Virus record (IMG/VR): IMGVR_UViG_3300022602_000034
Direction: 5' to 3' (one strand)
Origin: an uncultured virus (IMG/VR IMGVR_UViG_3300022602_000034)
Lineage: Duplodnaviria; Heunggongvirae; Uroviricota; Caudoviricetes
Length of the DNA: 64,000 bases
This document shows, one piece after another, positions 18,297-27,964 of the stretch (positions are counted from its first letter, which is position 1; each line of letters starts with the position of its first letter). The position numbers and the translations under genes were made by a program. The notes beneath the pieces were generated by a model. The model worked only from the letters and a program-made list of their open reading frames with translations. It was not told the DNA's origin and searched no databases.

Positions 18297-19511
18297 TTAC
18301 TGGAATGTAACGTTAGACATTTGGATCTCACCCAAATAGTCAGCAGCGTTGCCGAAGCTAGATGCTGTGTTTGTCAATTCGATATAACCATAACGTGTCA
18401 TAAATGATACGACTGGTTCGAATGTTGATGGATCTAGAACAACACCACTGCTCATCAATGGAATGTATGGGCAATAGAATGCTGCTGCATCTGTTTCAGA
18501 TGAACCTTTGTAACCAACTAGAACTGGTGTGTTGTCTGCTGCATATGTGTTAACGAAAACACGCATTGCACCATTCAATGTACCAACCAATTTTGTATTT
18601 GTTGGAGCTTCGAAAGTACCTTCTGTTGTACGTGCAAAAGCTGAAGTAGTTGCAGATTGCAATACTGTCAATGCTTGTGGACTTACAACTGCCCAGTTAC
18701 CTGCACCGCGACGTGTACGTTGAGCGATCAAGTTAGCAACGCGGTTAATTAAAACTGCCAATGCTGCATGTTCGTCACCAACGAAAGTAGCTGTACCAGA
18801 TACTGTAGCTTGGTTATATGTTGCTTCTGTAGAAGCCAATGTTGACAATGACAACAAGATTTCTTGGTCAATTTCAGCAGTGATTTCTTGTGCAAGAGCA
18901 GCCATAATTTCTGCTTCAACGTCAATACCGTGTTGTGATTGAGCGTCTTGAGCAGCTTCAAATGTCCAACGTGCTTGTAACTTACGTGACTTAGCTTCAA
19001 CAGCTTGACGCAAGATTTGTACGCTGATTTGTTTACCGCCGTTACCTTCCAAGTTTGCTGTTGGAGCACCAGTATAACCAGATGCTGTGTTAGAATCTGA
19101 ACGTACTGTTGAGTATGCTTGAGCAATTTTGAATGGAGACAACGCTTCTTCGCCGCCTGTAACATTGTATGGGCCGCCGTTTGATCCGTAAGGATAATCA
19201 GCACCTGATACGCTGTTAGCGTAGCGAACACGTAGAGTGTGAATCTGACCAACTGGTCCTGTCATTGGCTGAACACCAACTAATTCGTTAGCGATAACTG
19301 TTGGCATAACACGACGGATAACTGGAAGAATCACACGGTTTAATGTAGCGATGTTACCAGCTGTAGTTGTGCCTGCAACAGATTCAGACAATAATGATTT
19401 GCGAGTGTTTTCTAAGATAACACCCATCGTTGATTTACGAGTACCTTTAAGACCTTCAAGTAGGGCTTCTTTAGTCTCATCCCAACGGCTTTCTAATAGA
19501 ACTTGTGACAT
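18297..19511 (-). CDS. gp23: Major capsid protein (T4 gp23-like)
   Basis: ELVGVQPMTGPVGQI, EAKSRKLQARWTFEAAQD, LAQEITAEIDQEI, AAFYCPYIPL, FEPVVSFMTRYG. AGGAG SD. Confidence 0.97.
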   Translation of the reverse strand: MSQVLLESRWDETKEALLEGLKGTRKSTMGVILENTRKSLLSESVAGTTTAGNIATLNRVILPVIRRVMPTVIANELVGVQPMTGPVGQIHTLRVRYANSVSGADYPYGSNGGPYNVTGGEEALSPFKIAQAYSTVRSDSNTASGYTGAPTANLEGNGGKQISVQILRQAVEAKSRKLQARWTFEAAQDAQSQHGIDVEAEIMAALAQEITAEIDQEILLSLSTLASTEATYNQATVSGTATFVGDEHAALAVLINRVANLIAQRTRRGAGNWAVVSPQALTVLQSATTSAFARTTEGTFEAPTNTKLVGTLNGAMRVFVNTYAADNTPVLVGYKGSSETDAAAFYCPYIPLMSSGVVLDPSTFEPVVSFMTRYGYIELTNTASSFGNAADYLGEIQMSNVTFQ

Positions 19512-19541
19512 TTATGTTTCTCCTAAATATGTCTTTTAATT

Positions 19542-20636
19542 TTAAAGCCCTGCCAAACGTCTTAGATTAATCACGTTGTCACGTGATTCATCATCAACTT
19601 GTTTAACAGTTTTATCTCCAGTAACAGCTTTTACACTTTCAGATAGAACAGGCTTTGCAGCTTTCTTTTCTGAAGATGTGTTAAGTACTGCCGGTAGATA
19701 CTTATCAAAAGCGGCCTGAAGACGAGGTGTCTGGACGCTTTCTAGTAAGTTACGCATTACGGTTGCTTTTTCCTCATTTAGAGTTGTTAACAATTCATCC
19801 ATAGCTTTTTGACGACTATTAGATTCTTTAATAATACGAACTTCACGTTCTTTGCTTTCCACTAATTTCTTAGCTTGAGCGATTTGTACGGTAGATTCAG
19901 CCAATTGCTGTTCTTTCTGTGCTAATGCTTGCATTAGGCCACGTGTTTCTGCTTTTTCATTTAAGTAAGTAGCAGAGAATTCGGTAGCGAAAGATTCAAA
20001 GATTCTACGACCAAAATCGTTTTCACGAGCGATCTTAATATCTTCTTTCAACTGACTTAGTTCACCCTTAAGATGTTTTGCAACAGATTCGTTAACTCTC
20101 TTAGCACTTTCAGCAACAAATTGTGCCTTCAATGCTTCTAATTGTTTACGACCTTCAGCAACTAATTTGACCTTAGCTTCAACAACGGCTTGTTTATCTT
20201 GTGAGAATTCTTTGATTTCACGTGATAGTGCATGAACAATAAATTGTTCTAGTTTGTTTTGGCTTTCTTTTTGAATTGAACGTTCGTTACGCAATTCTTT
20301 GATTTCTTCGGCTAAGTGTTTAACCATGAAGTCATTGAACTTGCTTGCATTTTCACGCAATTTTTGGTGCGCTTTAACGCGGTCTTCATTCATTGCTTGT
20401 TTTTCTGCTTTAAATTCTTCAATCTCAGCAGATAAACCATCTGTCATCATTTTATCTAGGGCTTCTACCATTATTGTTTTATCGTGTTCATAGCGTTGTG
20501 CGAATTCTTCACGTAATTCAACACGAACTTGTTCACGGGCTTCATTCAACTTAGATTCCCATGCCTCGTTTATGGCTTGGCTAGTTTCTTCGTTGATAAT
20601 ACCACTTTCAAGTAATGGTTTGATAGCATCAAACAT
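19542..20636 (-). CDS. gp22: Prohead core scaffold protein (gp22-like)
   Basis: E/K-rich coiled coil between protease and capsid genes, with FGRRIFESF motif. Confidence 0.85.
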   Translation of the reverse strand: MFDAIKPLLESGIINEETSQAINEAWESKLNEAREQVRVELREEFAQRYEHDKTIMVEALDKMMTDGLSAEIEEFKAEKQAMNEDRVKAHQKLRENASKFNDFMVKHLAEEIKELRNERSIQKESQNKLEQFIVHALSREIKEFSQDKQAVVEAKVKLVAEGRKQLEALKAQFVAESAKRVNESVAKHLKGELSQLKEDIKIARENDFGRRIFESFATEFSATYLNEKAETRGLMQALAQKEQQLAESTVQIAQAKKLVESKEREVRIIKESNSRQKAMDELLTTLNEEKATVMRNLLESVQTPRLQAAFDKYLPAVLNTSSEKKAAKPVLSESVKAVTGDKTVKQVDDESRDNVINLRRLAGL

Positions 20637-20639
20637 GCT

Positions 20640-21281
20640 TTATCCCCTTTGTATTTTGAGGTCCTTGATAAGACGAACCATTTCGTCTTTCAGGTATCTC
20701 TGAACTTTTTTGTCGCCTTGGGCGTCTTTTGCAATCTCAAGTAACTTATGACCATGACGCATGTTCATCATGCCTTCATAAATTGCTTTAGGATATGCAT
20801 TAGGTGCGCTTGGTTGTGCAACAATATCCACAGTGACTATTTCAAAGTCACTAACTTGGCCATTCATATCGTTAACGTTACCGCTACCTCTACTACTGAC
20901 TCCGAGTTTCACACCACTCTCCAACATTGTCTCTACGAGCTTACCCATTGGAGTTGGTAATATTTTTAACTTGCCGAATCCATTAGGACCATCCATCCAC
21001 ATTTGAGTAATCATATGTGATACACGATCCAAATTGATTTTTAAATCATCAGGGTGATCTACTTCACCTAATACTGAATAACCTGTTTTGATTTGTTCAT
21101 TAAGAGTATCAACAGCAGCTCCAATTTCAGAAACAGGGTAAACACGCTCATTTGCGTTTTTTACCCCGCCCTGAATGAAGATCCCTTTCATATAAAGGGA
21201 CTTCTTACTGCCTTCACCTTCGCTTTCAACTATGATATTAGCACGGTCGAAAGTTAGGTTTTCTCTGAGATACAAAGCCAT
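20640..21281 (-). CDS. gp21: Prohead core protease (gp21-like)
   Basis: GIFIQGGVKNANERVYP, LGEVDHP, VSHMI, ILPTPMG, LGVSSRGSG, DIVAQPSAPNAY. Confidence 0.95.
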   Translation of the reverse strand: MALYLRENLTFDRANIIVESEGEGSKKSLYMKGIFIQGGVKNANERVYPVSEIGAAVDTLNEQIKTGYSVLGEVDHPDDLKINLDRVSHMITQMWMDGPNGFGKLKILPTPMGKLVETMLESGVKLGVSSRGSGNVNDMNGQVSDFEIVTVDIVAQPSAPNAYPKAIYEGMMNMRHGHKLLEIAKDAQGDKKVQRYLKDEMVRLIKDLKIQRG

Positions 21282-21294
21282 TTCTCAGGTATCC

Positions 21295-22155
21295 TTACTT
21301 CTTAATGATTTTCTTTGTAGACTTTTTGCTTTCGCCTACAATTGATTTTGTGTTTTGGCCGTCATCACCATGCTTTGGTTTTGGAGCTGCTTCACCTTTT
21401 TCACTGAAGTTACCTTTGCCTGGAGCATTCTTAAATGTACCAGCACCTTTTAGGTCTTTAGTTGTTGGGTTTAACAAACCACCTTGTGTACCACCTTTAG
21501 TTGACTCACCGCCGCCTAATGATACAACTTTAGCACCATTACTAGAGATTTTTGTATTCTTGTTTAATGATGGGCTTTTTGTGTAAGCACCATTGTCACC
21601 GTGTGTTACGGAAACTTTTTGCAATTGAACTGCTTCTTCCAAAGTTTCTTCTTCATCATCTTCATCATCTTCAGATGCTTCCATCATGTCTTCTTCTTCA
21701 TCATCTTCAGAAGATTCCATCATGTCATCACCGTGTTCTTCACCTTCGTCACCGAAGTCTTCACCGTGTTCTTCACCGTCTTCTTGAGCCATTAGTTCTT
21801 CAAACTCGGCCATCAATTCGTCTAGTTTGTCTTCTAAGTCAACAACACGGTCTTCTAGGTCTTCTTCACCACCTTCTTCACCGCCAAACTCGTCACTGTC
21901 CATATCAACTTGGTCATCGCCTTCGATATCATCAAATTCTTCTTCGCCGTCGCTTTCACCAATGCCTTCTTCCTCAGCACTGATCTCGTCTAATAGTCCA
22001 CCAACTTGGTCTTGTGAACCAAATTCTTCGTCCATTAGACTTTCATAAATTTCACGACTTTTTTCTACCACGATATCGTGGAATAAAGCACGTGCTTTAG
22101 ATTCGTCCTCATTGATAATCAAATCCATGAGTTGTTCAAATTTTTTATTATCCAT
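21295..22155 (-). CDS. Highly acidic prohead core/internal protein (gp67-like position)
   Basis: 286 aa with a D/E-rich N-terminal part and basic tail, located between portal and protease. AGGAG SD. Confidence 0.6.
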   Translation of the reverse strand: MDNKKFEQLMDLIINEDESKARALFHDIVVEKSREIYESLMDEEFGSQDQVGGLLDEISAEEEGIGESDGEEEFDDIEGDDQVDMDSDEFGGEEGGEEDLEDRVVDLEDKLDELMAEFEELMAQEDGEEHGEDFGDEGEEHGDDMMESSEDDEEEDMMEASEDDEDDEEETLEEAVQLQKVSVTHGDNGAYTKSPSLNKNTKISSNGAKVVSLGGGESTKGGTQGGLLNPTTKDLKGAGTFKNAPGKGNFSEKGEAAPKPKHGDDGQNTKSIVGESKKSTKKIIKK

Positions 22156-22192
22156 TGTTTATCTCCTAAGTGTAAATGGCTTCTTGTAGAAT

Positions 22193-22200
22193 TATTTAGT
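22193..22200 (-). promoter_or_regulatory. Late promoter ACTAAATA for the core-protease-scaffold-capsid operon
   Basis: Immediately after a terminator and 37 nt upstream of ATG 22155. Confidence 0.6.
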
Positions 22201-22209
22201 GGGTATCAT

Positions 22210-22232
22210 AAAAAAGAGCACAATAAGTGCTC
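22210..22232 (-). terminator. Intrinsic terminator
   Basis: GAGCAC-TTATT-GTGCTC followed by TTTTTT on the minus strand. Confidence 0.75.
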
Positions 22233-22260
22233 ACTTTTTACGTTTTCATTAAAGATATGC

Positions 22261-22482
22261 TTATAATGCTGGTGTTTCAGCAACAGGTTCATATTGTTTA
22301 CGAATTTTTTTTAAGTTTTTAGCTTTTTCATAGTTACGAACATCAAGCATTTTACGTAGTTTACGTATCTGTCTTAATGTCAATTTTGTTTTTCTTGTCT
22401 CGCCCCATTTGATTTTACTGTTATCTTTACTAGTGTCTTGATAACCATCAATTGGTGCATCGTACATTTCAAATAGCTTCAT
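22261..22482 (-). CDS. Small basic head-module protein (gp68-like position)
   Basis: 73 aa, TRKTKLTLRQIRKLRKM, directly after the portal. AGGA SD. Confidence 0.65.
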   Translation of the reverse strand: MKLFEMYDAPIDGYQDTSKDNSKIKWGETRKTKLTLRQIRKLRKMLDVRNYEKAKNLKKIRKQYEPVAETPAL

Positions 22483-22494
22483 GTTAGTTTCCTA

Positions 22495-24279
22495 TTACAT
22501 TGGTGGGGGTGGAGTTGCGCCGCCCGGTGCTGCGCCGGCTAATTCAGGACCGCCCATCGCTGGTGTTGTTTCACCACCCATATTATCACCGCCCTCTGGT
22601 GATTGTTCCATATTATCAATTGATTCAGTATCTTGTTCAATGTCACCTGCACTAATACCAATACTACGCAAGTCGCCACCTTCAGGTCCAGATTCTTCAG
22701 GGTCTTCTCGTTCTTCAAACCATAGTCGTTGATTTTCTTCAATTTCTTCTTTAGTCAAGCCCAAGAAACGTTCCATAGCAAAACGCTTACTGATATAAGG
22801 GAATGCTTCCATTGTTTGAAATACTGACACACGTGCATTGTCTAATTCACTTTGACGATATGCAGCAAAGTTTTGTGGCTTGTTGAATTTAATATCAAAC
22901 AATCCACTATCAATGTTAAAGCCTCTCCAACGTAAGAATAACTTAAATTCTTCGTTAAGTTTCTGACTAATATAGTTCTGTAGTCGTTCACAATATTGAT
23001 TGAAACGGAACTCTTGAATCATTGCTGTACCAACACGGCCATCACTCAGTGGCATAGGATTGTCTTCAGGACCTTGCGGCAAATAACTACTTGGAACACG
23101 CAAACCACGTGCTAGTCTATTGTTGAAATAACGCAAGTCATCAATCTCACCTAAGTTTTGTCCACCTTGTAACATTTCAACGCTTGATCCACGACCATCT
23201 GCTGTTACTGGGAAGAAATAATCTTCGTTCATGCTTAATGGATTATATGTAGCATCCATCATAGCACCACCACCACCCACTGATGGGATGCGTCTTTGGT
23301 GAATTTCATTTTTTACACGGTCAACATATGCCATAGCCATGTGACTTGGCATGTTTCCAACGTCAATTTTGAACACTCTACGTTCAGGAGCACGTTGTAC
23401 ACGATAGATAAGAATAGCATCTTCAAGCAATTCTTTTTGCTTGTAAACTTTAAAGATGTTCTCTAAAACACTCATGCCAAAAGGCCAGTATCTGTCCAAG
23501 CCTTCGGTTAAACTTAGATGAACTACATGTTTCGCATCTATGGCAGCTTCATTCAATGCTAAACTAAAACGACTTCCTGCTGTTCCGGATGGCATACTTG
23601 GAACTGTATAACCTTGACTAGCTATACCACCGCCTGTGCCACCAAATCCTGTGCTAGGGTTAGCTTGGAAGTCTGTTGCGACTTTCTCAGCAACGCTTAA
23701 ATTTTGTAAATTAGGGTTAATGTCTTTGATAACATACTGTTCAGGTAGTTTACCTTCCGTTTCATTGACAATAACTTTAGTAACTTTTACCATGTCAACC
23801 CAGTATAACTTGAAGTTTTCTGGGTCACGAACAAATATTTGATCTCCGTATTTAATAGCATTACGGAAGATTTTGAACACTCTAGTGTCAAATTCATTCA
23901 TCTTACACCATTGTTGCAATTGCTTCTTGATTAGTTCTACTTCATGGGGAGTAGGATCTTCACGAAATTCTATCTCAAAAGGTGTGTTATTTTGATTGTT
24001 TTTCTGTGTACTGAATTCAGCGATAATGTCTAAACATGCATTAACTTCTGCATCAACATCCATCATTTCATACTGATTATAACGTTCAATACGGTTTGGA
24101 TGCCCTGTATAAACTTCAGGTAAACGACTCATGTAGTTTTTATATCCAAACTCACTATTACTCCAGCCGCCGTCCTGGTCACTACCCATGCCATTATTCC
24201 ATGCACCTTTATTGCTATTAGCACCGGAAATAGGGCCTAGTTGACCTGTTAAGTTAGAAAAACGCTTTTTATATGCCAT
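22495..24279 (-). CDS. gp20: Portal protein (gp20-like)
   Basis: LEDAILIYRVQRAPERRVFKIDVGNMP, EDYFFP..ADGRGSSVEMLQGGQNLGEIDDLRYF, LRVPSSYL. Start reassigned to ATG 24279 (MAYKKRF). Confidence 0.95.
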   Translation of the reverse strand: MAYKKRFSNLTGQLGPISGANSNKGAWNNGMGSDQDGGWSNSEFGYKNYMSRLPEVYTGHPNRIERYNQYEMMDVDAEVNACLDIIAEFSTQKNNQNNTPFEIEFREDPTPHEVELIKKQLQQWCKMNEFDTRVFKIFRNAIKYGDQIFVRDPENFKLYWVDMVKVTKVIVNETEGKLPEQYVIKDINPNLQNLSVAEKVATDFQANPSTGFGGTGGGIASQGYTVPSMPSGTAGSRFSLALNEAAIDAKHVVHLSLTEGLDRYWPFGMSVLENIFKVYKQKELLEDAILIYRVQRAPERRVFKIDVGNMPSHMAMAYVDRVKNEIHQRRIPSVGGGGAMMDATYNPLSMNEDYFFPVTADGRGSSVEMLQGGQNLGEIDDLRYFNNRLARGLRVPSSYLPQGPEDNPMPLSDGRVGTAMIQEFRFNQYCERLQNYISQKLNEEFKLFLRWRGFNIDSGLFDIKFNKPQNFAAYRQSELDNARVSVFQTMEAFPYISKRFAMERFLGLTKEEIEENQRLWFEEREDPEESGPEGGDLRSIGISAGDIEQDTESIDNMEQSPEGGDNMGGETTPAMGGPELAGAAPGGATPPPPM

Positions 24280-24284
24280 AGATA

Positions 24285-24292
24285 TATTTATC
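24285..24292 (-). promoter_or_regulatory. Late promoter GATAAATA 5 nt before the portal ATG
   Basis: GATAAATA-TATCT-ATG with no SD. It overlaps the upstream TGA. Confidence 0.6.
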
Positions 24293-26741
24293 AATGTTTA
24301 GTGTATGTAAGTAATTGTTCATTCACATCTAAAACTTTGCGTTGTTGTGCAATCATATCGTCAAATTTATCGGACATTAAGTCCATAAATCCGCTTAGTG
24401 TTCTAACCAATTCATCACTTGAAGTGCTTGAGTTGAAACTTGTATTCAATGAACTTAATGGGCTATTAGTTACCGATTTTTGTTCTTTCTCATCCATTTT
24501 ATTATAGAAGTTATTGAATTTGCTCATTGGAAGTACTGCTTCATGTCCATGTAGTTCAACTTGATAACCTGATTGAGGACCACTAAAGATACCACCCGTT
24601 CTTGCTCCCAATTGTGCATGAATATGATCTCCGGTAGCCACCGTGTTATTAGAATTCTTCTGCCCCTTCATCTCTACACCTACTTTAGAGAATCCAAGAG
24701 CAGTAAGTGCTTTGATATATGCTTCTTTTTGTGAAGGGTCAAAATTAGCAGGTACAAAGTCTACTGCTCTACCTGCTCCATGTGGATCGGGTAATGCATG
24801 TCCAGGGAAGATATCAGAATCATTTAATCCAGTAATAGTACCACCGGGGAACGCTTCTGCTAATTTTTCTAATTTTTCTTGTAGCTCAGGAGTAATTGCT
24901 CCCATACCAACTCTACCGTTTGTGTTCAATGTTGTTGGTATACTAGGAGCTGTTCCACCTTGATTTGAAACTGTAACATTAGACTGTGCCGCACCCAATT
25001 GTTTTTGTGATTGATGTACTTGTTCTAATCTTGATTGCAATTGACCAATAGAGGCTTGGTTAGCAGCAGCTTGTTGTTTGTGGATATCAAGGGCCCCTTG
25101 ACCTTTAAAATCTTTTCCTTGAGCCTTTTTATTTGCTTCCTCACCAGCAATTATAGAGTCAAGAATTTTGCCACTTTCAAGTCTTCCTTGTATCTCGTCT
25201 TTAATTTCAACTTCTTCTTTATTTTTCTTTGTTAAAGTTTCTGTTACTTCTGATAAGTTAGACATATCAACGAACAAATCTCGTAAGTCAGGTCCACCAA
25301 ACTTGAAAAGCATATCTGCAAAAACTTTACCCAAACTATTCATTATCGTTTGAAATCTAGTGATTGCAGGTACTAGAGATTGACCTATAGTCATCTCTAG
25401 TTGTTCATATGCGTTACGCATCATACGTTGTTGTTTAACTTGAGTAGTATTTTGATCTTGACCGTTCTTCTCAGTAAGATCCATTGTCTTTTTAAGATTG
25501 GCTGCAAAGGTAGGAATGTCAGTTCCCATTGCTCTATTAGCCATCTTATATAAATCTGCATTTAAACCAACAGATTCACCTAAATCATTACCACCTGCTT
25601 TAATAGCTGAACCAAATACTCTAAATTGATTTTTTATATCACCCGAAACACTGTGCAATGCTGTACCAAGTGCTACAGGAAAATCATCGGTATTAGTGTT
25701 GAATGCGGTGACTAACTTATTCAACTGACCACCGGTTGCTAGATTGGCCTTAACCGCTGCTTCATCTACAATCGCACCGTGGTTGACAATACTAGACTTA
25801 ATACCTTCTGCTAATCCAGGAGGTAATGCTGCCATACCCCTAGCCAAATTATCGGCCATGTCAATGTTAGATTTAATTCCTGTAGCACGTAGCTCTTCCA
25901 AATGCATTTGGAATCTAACATCGTTACTATCCTGTTGCATTCTAGCTTCCATCGCTTCACGACTTTGACCAGTCAAGTCACTCAATGCAGTTAAATTAAC
26001 TAGATAACTCTTTGTTGAACTAGCTAATTGCTCATCGTTTAACTTAGTTTTAGCACCTGATACAGCTAATTGTCCTGACCAAAATGCCGCATGTTTAAAT
26101 GCGTCTTCTGAATTGTATCCAAGTCTACCTAGTGTATATTCAAACTGTCCTAATGCGCCGGCTTTACCAAACAAGTCAAGAAGATTTTTACGACCTTCAG
26201 TAACAGTACCACCAAATCCTGCAATACCTTCAGCATTTTGTGCTATGATACTAGCATACTTTTCACCACCGTCAGTGACAGAAAATCCAGCTTTTTGTAT
26301 GTCATTGGCTAGTTGACCAAAATCAGCATTACCCAAATCACCTGCAGCAGCAAGTGCTTTGCTTGTTTTTACTAATGCTTCTTGTTGTTTAAGTGCGCCA
26401 CCTGCAAGTGCACCAAATATATTAATCAATCCACCGGCTACTTTACCTAGTATACCAAGCTGACCAGCCATGCCTGCGAAGGCACCTGTTGCACCTTCAA
26501 CTCCGGTAGCGTATTTACCTACTCCCTCGTCAGCAGATACCATTGACTTAGCCATTGAACCCAATGACTTGGTTAAGTTTCCAAATTCTGCTGTTAGTTT
26601 TTCTACTTTGTCTTTACTCTTTTTAGCCTGTTCTTCTGCTTTCTTTTCTTCCTCGGTAAGAGGTTGCATGGCATCCGTAAGTTCGGAGATACTATCTAAG
26701 AACTTCTTTAAAATTTCATCTTGGTTTAAATTATCGGACAT
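24291..26741 (-). CDS. Tape-measure-like protein with C-terminal M15/LAS-type Zn peptidase motif
   Basis: Long helical Ala/Gly-rich body, H-x6-D (PHGAGRAVDF) and HxH (DHIH), then ARTGGIFSGPQSGYQVELHGHEAVLP, typical of tape-measure C-termini. Start reassigned to ATG 26741. Confidence 0.7.
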   Translation of the reverse strand: MSDNLNQDEILKKFLDSISELTDAMQPLTEEEKKAEEQAKKSKDKVEKLTAEFGNLTKSLGSMAKSMVSADEGVGKYATGVEGATGAFAGMAGQLGILGKVAGGLINIFGALAGGALKQQEALVKTSKALAAAGDLGNADFGQLANDIQKAGFSVTDGGEKYASIIAQNAEGIAGFGGTVTEGRKNLLDLFGKAGALGQFEYTLGRLGYNSEDAFKHAAFWSGQLAVSGAKTKLNDEQLASSTKSYLVNLTALSDLTGQSREAMEARMQQDSNDVRFQMHLEELRATGIKSNIDMADNLARGMAALPPGLAEGIKSSIVNHGAIVDEAAVKANLATGGQLNKLVTAFNTNTDDFPVALGTALHSVSGDIKNQFRVFGSAIKAGGNDLGESVGLNADLYKMANRAMGTDIPTFAANLKKTMDLTEKNGQDQNTTQVKQQRMMRNAYEQLEMTIGQSLVPAITRFQTIMNSLGKVFADMLFKFGGPDLRDLFVDMSNLSEVTETLTKKNKEEVEIKDEIQGRLESGKILDSIIAGEEANKKAQGKDFKGQGALDIHKQQAAANQASIGQLQSRLEQVHQSQKQLGAAQSNVTVSNQGGTAPSIPTTLNTNGRVGMGAITPELQEKLEKLAEAFPGGTITGLNDSDIFPGHALPDPHGAGRAVDFVPANFDPSQKEAYIKALTALGFSKVGVEMKGQKNSNNTVATGDHIHAQLGARTGGIFSGPQSGYQVELHGHEAVLPMSKFNNFYNKMDEKEQKSVTNSPLSSLNTSFNSSTSSDELVRTLSGFMDLMSDKFDDMIAQQRKVLDVNEQLLTYTKH

Positions 26742-26749
26742 AGTTGTGC

Positions 26750-26779
26750 TGCTAAATAATGGGTATGTAGTATTTAGCA
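26750..26779. promoter_or_regulatory. Pair of oppositely oriented late promoters (GCTAAATA on both strands)
   Basis: TGCTAAATA at 26750-26758 (+) and its inverse at 26771-26779 (-), between divergent genes. Confidence 0.65.
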
Positions 26780-26809
26780 TCCGTTTTCAATGCATTTTTA
26801 GGAGTAAGC

Positions 26810-27634
26810 ATGTCAGATAATCCACTAAAACAATTTTTTCGTAGACCAACCGTTTATTTTAAACTACCTAGCGGGGGCATTGGGTATCCCGAAGGTTCAA
26901 TTGACATTCCGGAGAATGGTGAAATACCAGTATATCCAATGACAGCGATTGATGAAATTACTAGCAAAACACCTGATAGTTTGTTTAACGGTGTAGCGGT
27001 CGTGGAACTTATCAAAAGTTGTATTCCTAACATCAAAGATCCATGGGTCATTTCAAGCGTAGATTTAGATCCTATATTAGTTGCGATTCGTGCTGCTACT
27101 CACGGTGGTGTAATGGAAATTGAAACTAAATGTCCAAGCTGTGATGAAACTTCAAAGTTTGATGTTAATTTAGCAGGTATACTTGCTGGTTTTAACCCAG
27201 CAGATTATAGTGTTCCATTAGAGATTGGTGATGTAAAGATCAAGTTCAAACCAATTCAATATCGTGAAATTAATAATTCTAGTTTACAACAATTTTCAAT
27301 ACAACGTTCATTAAGAGATATTGTAGCAATTACTGATGATGAAGAACGTGACCAACAAAGTGGTAAATTATTAAAAGAGATTTTTACTTTAACAGCTACC
27401 TTAGTTGCAAATAGTATTGAATATATCAAAGTACCATCTGCTACTGTGTTTGAAACTAACTTCATTAAAGAGTTTTTAACTGAATGTGATACAGGAACAT
27501 TTGAAAAGATTAGAGACTACAGCACATCATTAAAACGTAGTACTGAAAACAAACCACTAGACATAACTTGCCCTGAATGCCATCATGAGTTTCAACAAGC
27601 ATTCAATATTAACGCCAGCGATTTTTTCGGATGA
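26810..27634 (+). CDS. gp26: Baseplate hub assembly protein (gp26-like), putative tail assembly chaperone
   Basis: NPLKQFFRRP.VYFKLPSGG, PVYPMTAIDEI, two CxxC motifs (CPSC, CPEC), ends ...SDFFG. AGGAG SD. Confidence 0.75.
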   Translation: MSDNPLKQFFRRPTVYFKLPSGGIGYPEGSIDIPENGEIPVYPMTAIDEITSKTPDSLFNGVAVVELIKSCIPNIKDPWVISSVDLDPILVAIRAATHGGVMEIETKCPSCDETSKFDVNLAGILAGFNPADYSVPLEIGDVKIKFKPIQYREINNSSLQQFSIQRSLRDIVAITDDEERDQQSGKLLKEIFTLTATLVANSIEYIKVPSATVFETNFIKEFLTECDTGTFEKIRDYSTSLKRSTENKPLDITCPECHHEFQQAFNINASDFFG

Positions 27635-27671
27635 GACTCTTAACTCTTGATCCGAAAGAGATTAAGAGTCT
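27622..27671 (+). promoter_or_regulatory. Putative programmed -1 ribosomal frameshift signal
   Basis: In-frame T TTT TTC (27622-27628), 5-nt spacer, hairpin AGACTCTTAACTCTT / AAGAG-A-TTAAGAGTCT (27634-27671). The downstream ORF is in the -1 frame. Confidence 0.65.
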
Positions 27672-27858
27672 TATTGATGATATGGAAAAAGAATGTAACC
27701 GTATTAAGTCGGACTCACTTAAAATGGCATGGTTTATGAGAGGTGGTATTTCCTATGAAGATATACTTAACTTGTCGATCCCTGAGAGACAGGCCATAAG
27801 TAAAATTATTGAAGATAACTTAGAAACAACTAAAAACAGTAGATTGCCATTCTTCTAA
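27631..27858 (+). CDS. gp51-like small protein, or frameshift extension of the gp26-like protein
   Basis: 75 aa, WFMRGGISYEDILNLSIPERQAI. ATGA overlap and no SD. Confidence 0.7.
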   Translation: MRLLTLDPKEIKSLIDDMEKECNRIKSDSLKMAWFMRGGISYEDILNLSIPERQAISKIIEDNLETTKNSRLPFF

Positions 27859-27964
27859 ACCGTAACTGTTCATTTATCACAACTTAGGGTTAACATTAAC
27901 GATGAGCTTTGCTCATCAACCTTCACTTATTTCTTCGCTTCGCTCAGAAATTACGCTCGGTCAT

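Noticed and set aside
18749..19252. 167-aa alternative-frame ORF inside the capsid gene
   Set aside because: Fully nested in gp23, with composition typical of an off-frame read.
21552..22048. His-, Phe- and Ser-rich plus-strand ORFs
   Set aside because: They are antisense reads of the GAA/GAT-rich acidic core gene.
26739..26821. Both divergent proteins begin MSDN
   Set aside because: Four common N-terminal residues with different codons, likely coincidence.
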